Source: Octopus sinensis (taxonomy: Eukaryota). Taken from it: a DNA stretch of 12,064 nucleotides. Where the stretch lies: positions 1 through 12,064 of the forward strand of contig NW_021826654.1 of NCBI RefSeq assembly GCF_006345805.1, given 5' to 3'. A program made the translations under genes and the position numbers. The notes beneath the pieces were generated by a model that was not told the DNA's origin, searched no databases, and worked only from the letters and a program-made list of their open reading frames with translations. Numbering within the stretch: position 1 is the stretch's first letter; each line of letters opens with the position of its first letter. Positions 8,915 through 12,064 of this stretch are shown here, piece by piece.

Positions 8915-9277
8915 TGGAATAAAGATTGTTTACCAACATAACATGGCGGTTCTGGTTAAGAACGAATGTTGCTGTAATTTAGCCCCAGGAGACATCATCT
9001 CCAGCTGGCTATACGATATGGTCTGTGTCCTTATATTTTCGAACAGGGAAATCTAGCACTCCCACTCAGCTCAAAACAATATCTGTGTATCGCGATTTCC
9101 GGGTCATTTCCCTTCATCAACACAGAGCGGGGGTGCTAGATTCCCTTGTTTGAAAATATAAGGACACAGATCGTGTTGTATAGCCAGCTGGAGACGATGT
9201 TTCCTGGGGCTAAATTACAGCAACATTCGTCCTAAACCAGGACTGTCATGTTATGTTGGCAAACAATCTTTACTCCA
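8915..9277. mobile_element. Foldback element IR-B: 153-bp inverted arms (8915-9067 and 9125-9277) with a 57-bp loop; likely Penelope-like inverted terminal repeat or non-autonomous derivative
   Basis: Ungapped manual alignment of the left arm to the reverse complement of the right arm gives 135/153 identity. The loop carries a hammerhead motif. Confidence 0.85.
9082..9126 (-). ncRNA. Minimal type I hammerhead ribozyme-like motif (variant or possibly inactive)
   Basis: Minus strand: UCUGUG (stem I) UUGAUGA (core, C3U) AGGG-AAAUGA-CCCG (stem II, first pair A.G mismatched) GAAA UCGCGA UA (palindromic stem III, AUA cleavage triplet) CACAGA (stem I'). Confidence 0.72.
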
Positions 9278-9484
9278 AAATACTGTTGCTGAGATTTAAA
9301 AATAGCAATTGTTTTGACAATGTTATGTAAATGTGATTGGTATTATAGTTCTTCAAATTTATGAAATGTAATTTTTGTAACAAGCTCATTATAGTTCTTT
9401 CCTTCTTGTTTTTCGTTTAACCAGAGGAGTTATAACTATCACCCATTTAGGTACATCTGTCGCAAGTAGGAGGAGGGGAAAACC

Positions 9485-9519
9485 TATCCTTTGGCCAGAA
9501 ACTTTCTGGCCTAAGGATA
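9485..9519. repeat. 35-bp near-perfect palindrome
   Basis: tatcctttggccagaaa-c-tttctggcctaaggata; 16 of 17 positions pair. Confidence 0.85.
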
Positions 9520-9619
9520 TTGTGCATGTACAGTTTGTGTATTACATGTTGCTATTTATTTATTTATTTATTTATTGTTGCTGATGTTGTTCTAACTCTT
9601 GCTCTTGTTACTGATGTAT

Positions 9620-9985
9620 CGACCAAGGTGAGCCGAGATCGAACGAGACATGTTCAAAAGCAACTAGCGCCTTACTAACTCCTTTTAGTGTAACATGAAC
9701 AGTTATGATGCATGATATGTTCCAGATTGCAATATGGTGTGTAAGGTTTTGTAGGATAGGCTCCGGCAATGGGCCGTACACGTATTAACAGTTGTCGACG
9801 AAGGTGACGACAACGACAACGACAGCGATGGGTGTGGAGATGATGATGATGATGACGACATTTCCGGTCTCAACATCGAACTTTATAATCTAGCACCCCA
9901 TTATGTACTTTGCCCTGTTCCTATTCAAGAGGGTAGGACGTGATTTGGGGAAACATTACGTGCCATATCTTTCAGGTTAAGCCAA
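9620..9985. mobile_element. Highly decayed fragments probably of the old repeat family seen at 6031-6276 and 7262-7405, split by a (GAC/GAT)n tract
   Basis: atctagcacccattatg...aagagggtaggacgtgatttggggaaacatt loosely parallels 7317-7385. Similarity is weak. Confidence 0.35.
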
Positions 9986-10283
9986 GACGTAGATGAATCA
10001 TCGTGGCTGAGTGACGGATGTACGTCAGGATAAACATCCTCATTATGAATCTGTTAAGGTGTGCCGTGCATACGCGATGACAAAATATCACATTAAAATG
10101 CAACACAAAGACAATATACATCATGGGTGTGAGTGGGGAGGGTCGTGTGTGTATGTGCGCGCGCACGCGCGTGTGTGTAAATTGATGGCACGTTGTAATG
10201 ATGTTGCTTTGACTCATGAATCGAATAACCAAGGGGAAAAAATAATATAAAATTCAAAAGTCAAAAGCAGTTATATATACTTA

Positions 10284-10284
10284 T

Positions 10285-10353
<69 letters not shown>

Positions 10354-10397
10354 ACAGATAGGTTGATAGATCGATAGATAGATAGATAGATAGATAT

Positions 10398-10436
<39 letters not shown>

Positions 10437-10470
10437 TACTACATATATATAGATAGATAGATAGTTAGAT
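10284..10470. repeat. (GATA)n tetranucleotide microsatellite
   Basis: Directly visible. Confidence 0.95.
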
Positions 10471-10599
10471 ACATACATATATACATATATGTATATATAT
10501 ATACATGTATATATATACAGATATATATATAATATATATATACATATAATATATATATAATATATTATATATATATATTATATATAAGCATAGGTATAC

Positions 10600-10630
<31 letters not shown>

Positions 10631-10682
10631 ATATATATCTATATAAGCATATAGGTATACATATATATATATGTAATATATT

Positions 10683-10716
<34 letters not shown>

Positions 10717-10727
10717 GTAAATATATA

Positions 10728-10770
<43 letters not shown>

Positions 10771-10810
10771 ATATATATATATAATATATACTTATATATA
10801 TGTATATACA
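10471..10810. repeat. Long interrupted (AT)n tract
   Basis: Directly visible. Confidence 0.95.
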
Positions 10811-10952
10811 TGAGGAGGTGTATAAGCACTTTCTACATTTTCCCCCACTTTTTAAAATTAAAAAAATATAATGGAATATTTTTTTGTTTCTAAAGTAGGT
10901 CTTACTAATAACATATTTTTTTCTTGTAGCGTTTTTACTGAATCATTTTCAG

Positions 10953-11116
10953 TGTATGTGTGTATGGGTGTGCCTGTATGTATGGAAAGATATCTGTATA
11001 CATATATATATAATTTTTGTGGTGTGTGTGTGTAGAAAAATATATATGTATATCGTTATATATATGTATATGTGTGTGTATGTATATATTAGATACAATC
11101 TATCTATCTATATTAT

Positions 11117-11155
<39 letters not shown>

Positions 11156-11245
11156 CATACATACATATATATTTATACATATATTATGTATATATGTATG
11201 TATGTATATAGATATATCTACCACACACATACACACACTCACACG
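10953..11245. repeat. (AT)/(GT)/(ATAC)n low-complexity tract
   Basis: Directly visible. Confidence 0.9.
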
Positions 11246-11645
11246 TGTGGCCTTTGATTACGTCCCCTGCAGATTTGACACCGAAATGTATCATGATATA
11301 AAGCTGACGTTTATAACAATATATTTATACCCTTTCTTTTTTAAAGTTTATTTGTTTTCCTTGTTTTATCCTTTTTTTCTGCTTTGGGGTTTTGTGTGTT
11401 TTTGTTTTTTATTGTTTTCGTTTTTGTTTTTTTCTTTTGCAGACATTTTTTGTTTTTCGTCTTTTTTCTTTTTTAATTTATATCACCTATTTTTCCTACT
11501 AGAATTTTTATATATTTATCTATTTATTATATTCTTTTACTCCTCATATTTTTCAGAAAGAACTTTTGGGATTTGGATGACAAAAATGAAATCCTCTACT
11601 CATTTAAAATGCAATAACAAAGAATAAAATTAATTATTTTTATTA

Positions 11646-11810
11646 AGAGAAGAAGGAAGAAAGAAGAAGAAGAAAAGAAGAAGAAGAAGAGAACAAGAAG
11701 AAGAGGAGGAAAAAGAAGAAAAGAAGAAGGAGAAGAGAAGGAGGAGGAGGAGGAGGATGAGATGATGATGATGATATGATAATAATTGATGATGGTATGT
11801 GATGATGAAA
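11646..11810. repeat. (GAA)n/(GGA)n/(GAT)n compound microsatellite
   Basis: Directly visible. Confidence 0.93.
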
Positions 11811-12064
11811 AAGGGATGCGAAAGTACATCAAAAAATCATCATATACATATATACACATGTGTATATATGTATTATACATATAGAAAAGTTTCTTTAATT
11901 GGCCACACAGGGCTGCACACAGATGGGACAAGTTTACAAGGTCGAGCTTTTCTTTTGGGGGAGAAAAAAAAGGTGGCGTAGGTTTTCGTTCAAAAGGGAT
12001 GTAAAAGGGAAAAAAAGAACAAAAAAGAAAAAATAAAAAAAAGGAAAAGGAACAAAAGAAGAAA

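Noticed and set aside
10144-10178. Alternating purine-pyrimidine (GT/GC) run with Z-DNA potential
   Set aside because: Short, common microsatellite derivative with no supporting context.
11260-11560. Splice-acceptor-like sites (cccctgcag, ttcttttgcag, ttttcag)
   Set aside because: No matching donor or credible exon; such sites are expected by chance in T-rich DNA.
10956-11627. 223-aa hydrophobic ORF resembling a membrane protein
   Set aside because: It is a translation of (AT)n/(GT)n and T-rich low-complexity DNA.
1-12064. CRISPR array or prokaryotic operon/defence system
   Set aside because: No repeat-spacer periodicity and no gene-dense organisation; the sequence is eukaryotic repeat-rich DNA.

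Overview
AT-rich, microsatellite-dense, non-coding eukaryotic DNA, most likely octopus/cephalopod. That assignment rests on my recognition of the SINE family and is not verified by a search. No intact protein-coding gene is supportable; nearly all supplied ORFs are translations of simple repeats. The window holds: (i) a decayed, 5'-truncated R4/Dong-type non-LTR retrotransposon (zinc knuckle plus restriction-like endonuclease, minus strand, ~1124-2048) ending in a (TAA)n tract; (ii) five near-complete copies and one fragment of a tRNA-type SINE with a shared head/core and different tails; (iii) other interspersed repeats; (iv) two long inverted repeats. The most striking object is a 363-bp foldback element (8915-9277) with two ungapped 153-bp arms. 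Its loop encodes, on the minus strand, a near-canonical minimal type I hammerhead ribozyme with a palindromic stem III, the architecture associated with Penelope-like element termini. A second, ~1.3-kb inverted duplication (4060-5364) has isolated hammerhead-like boxes in its spacer.
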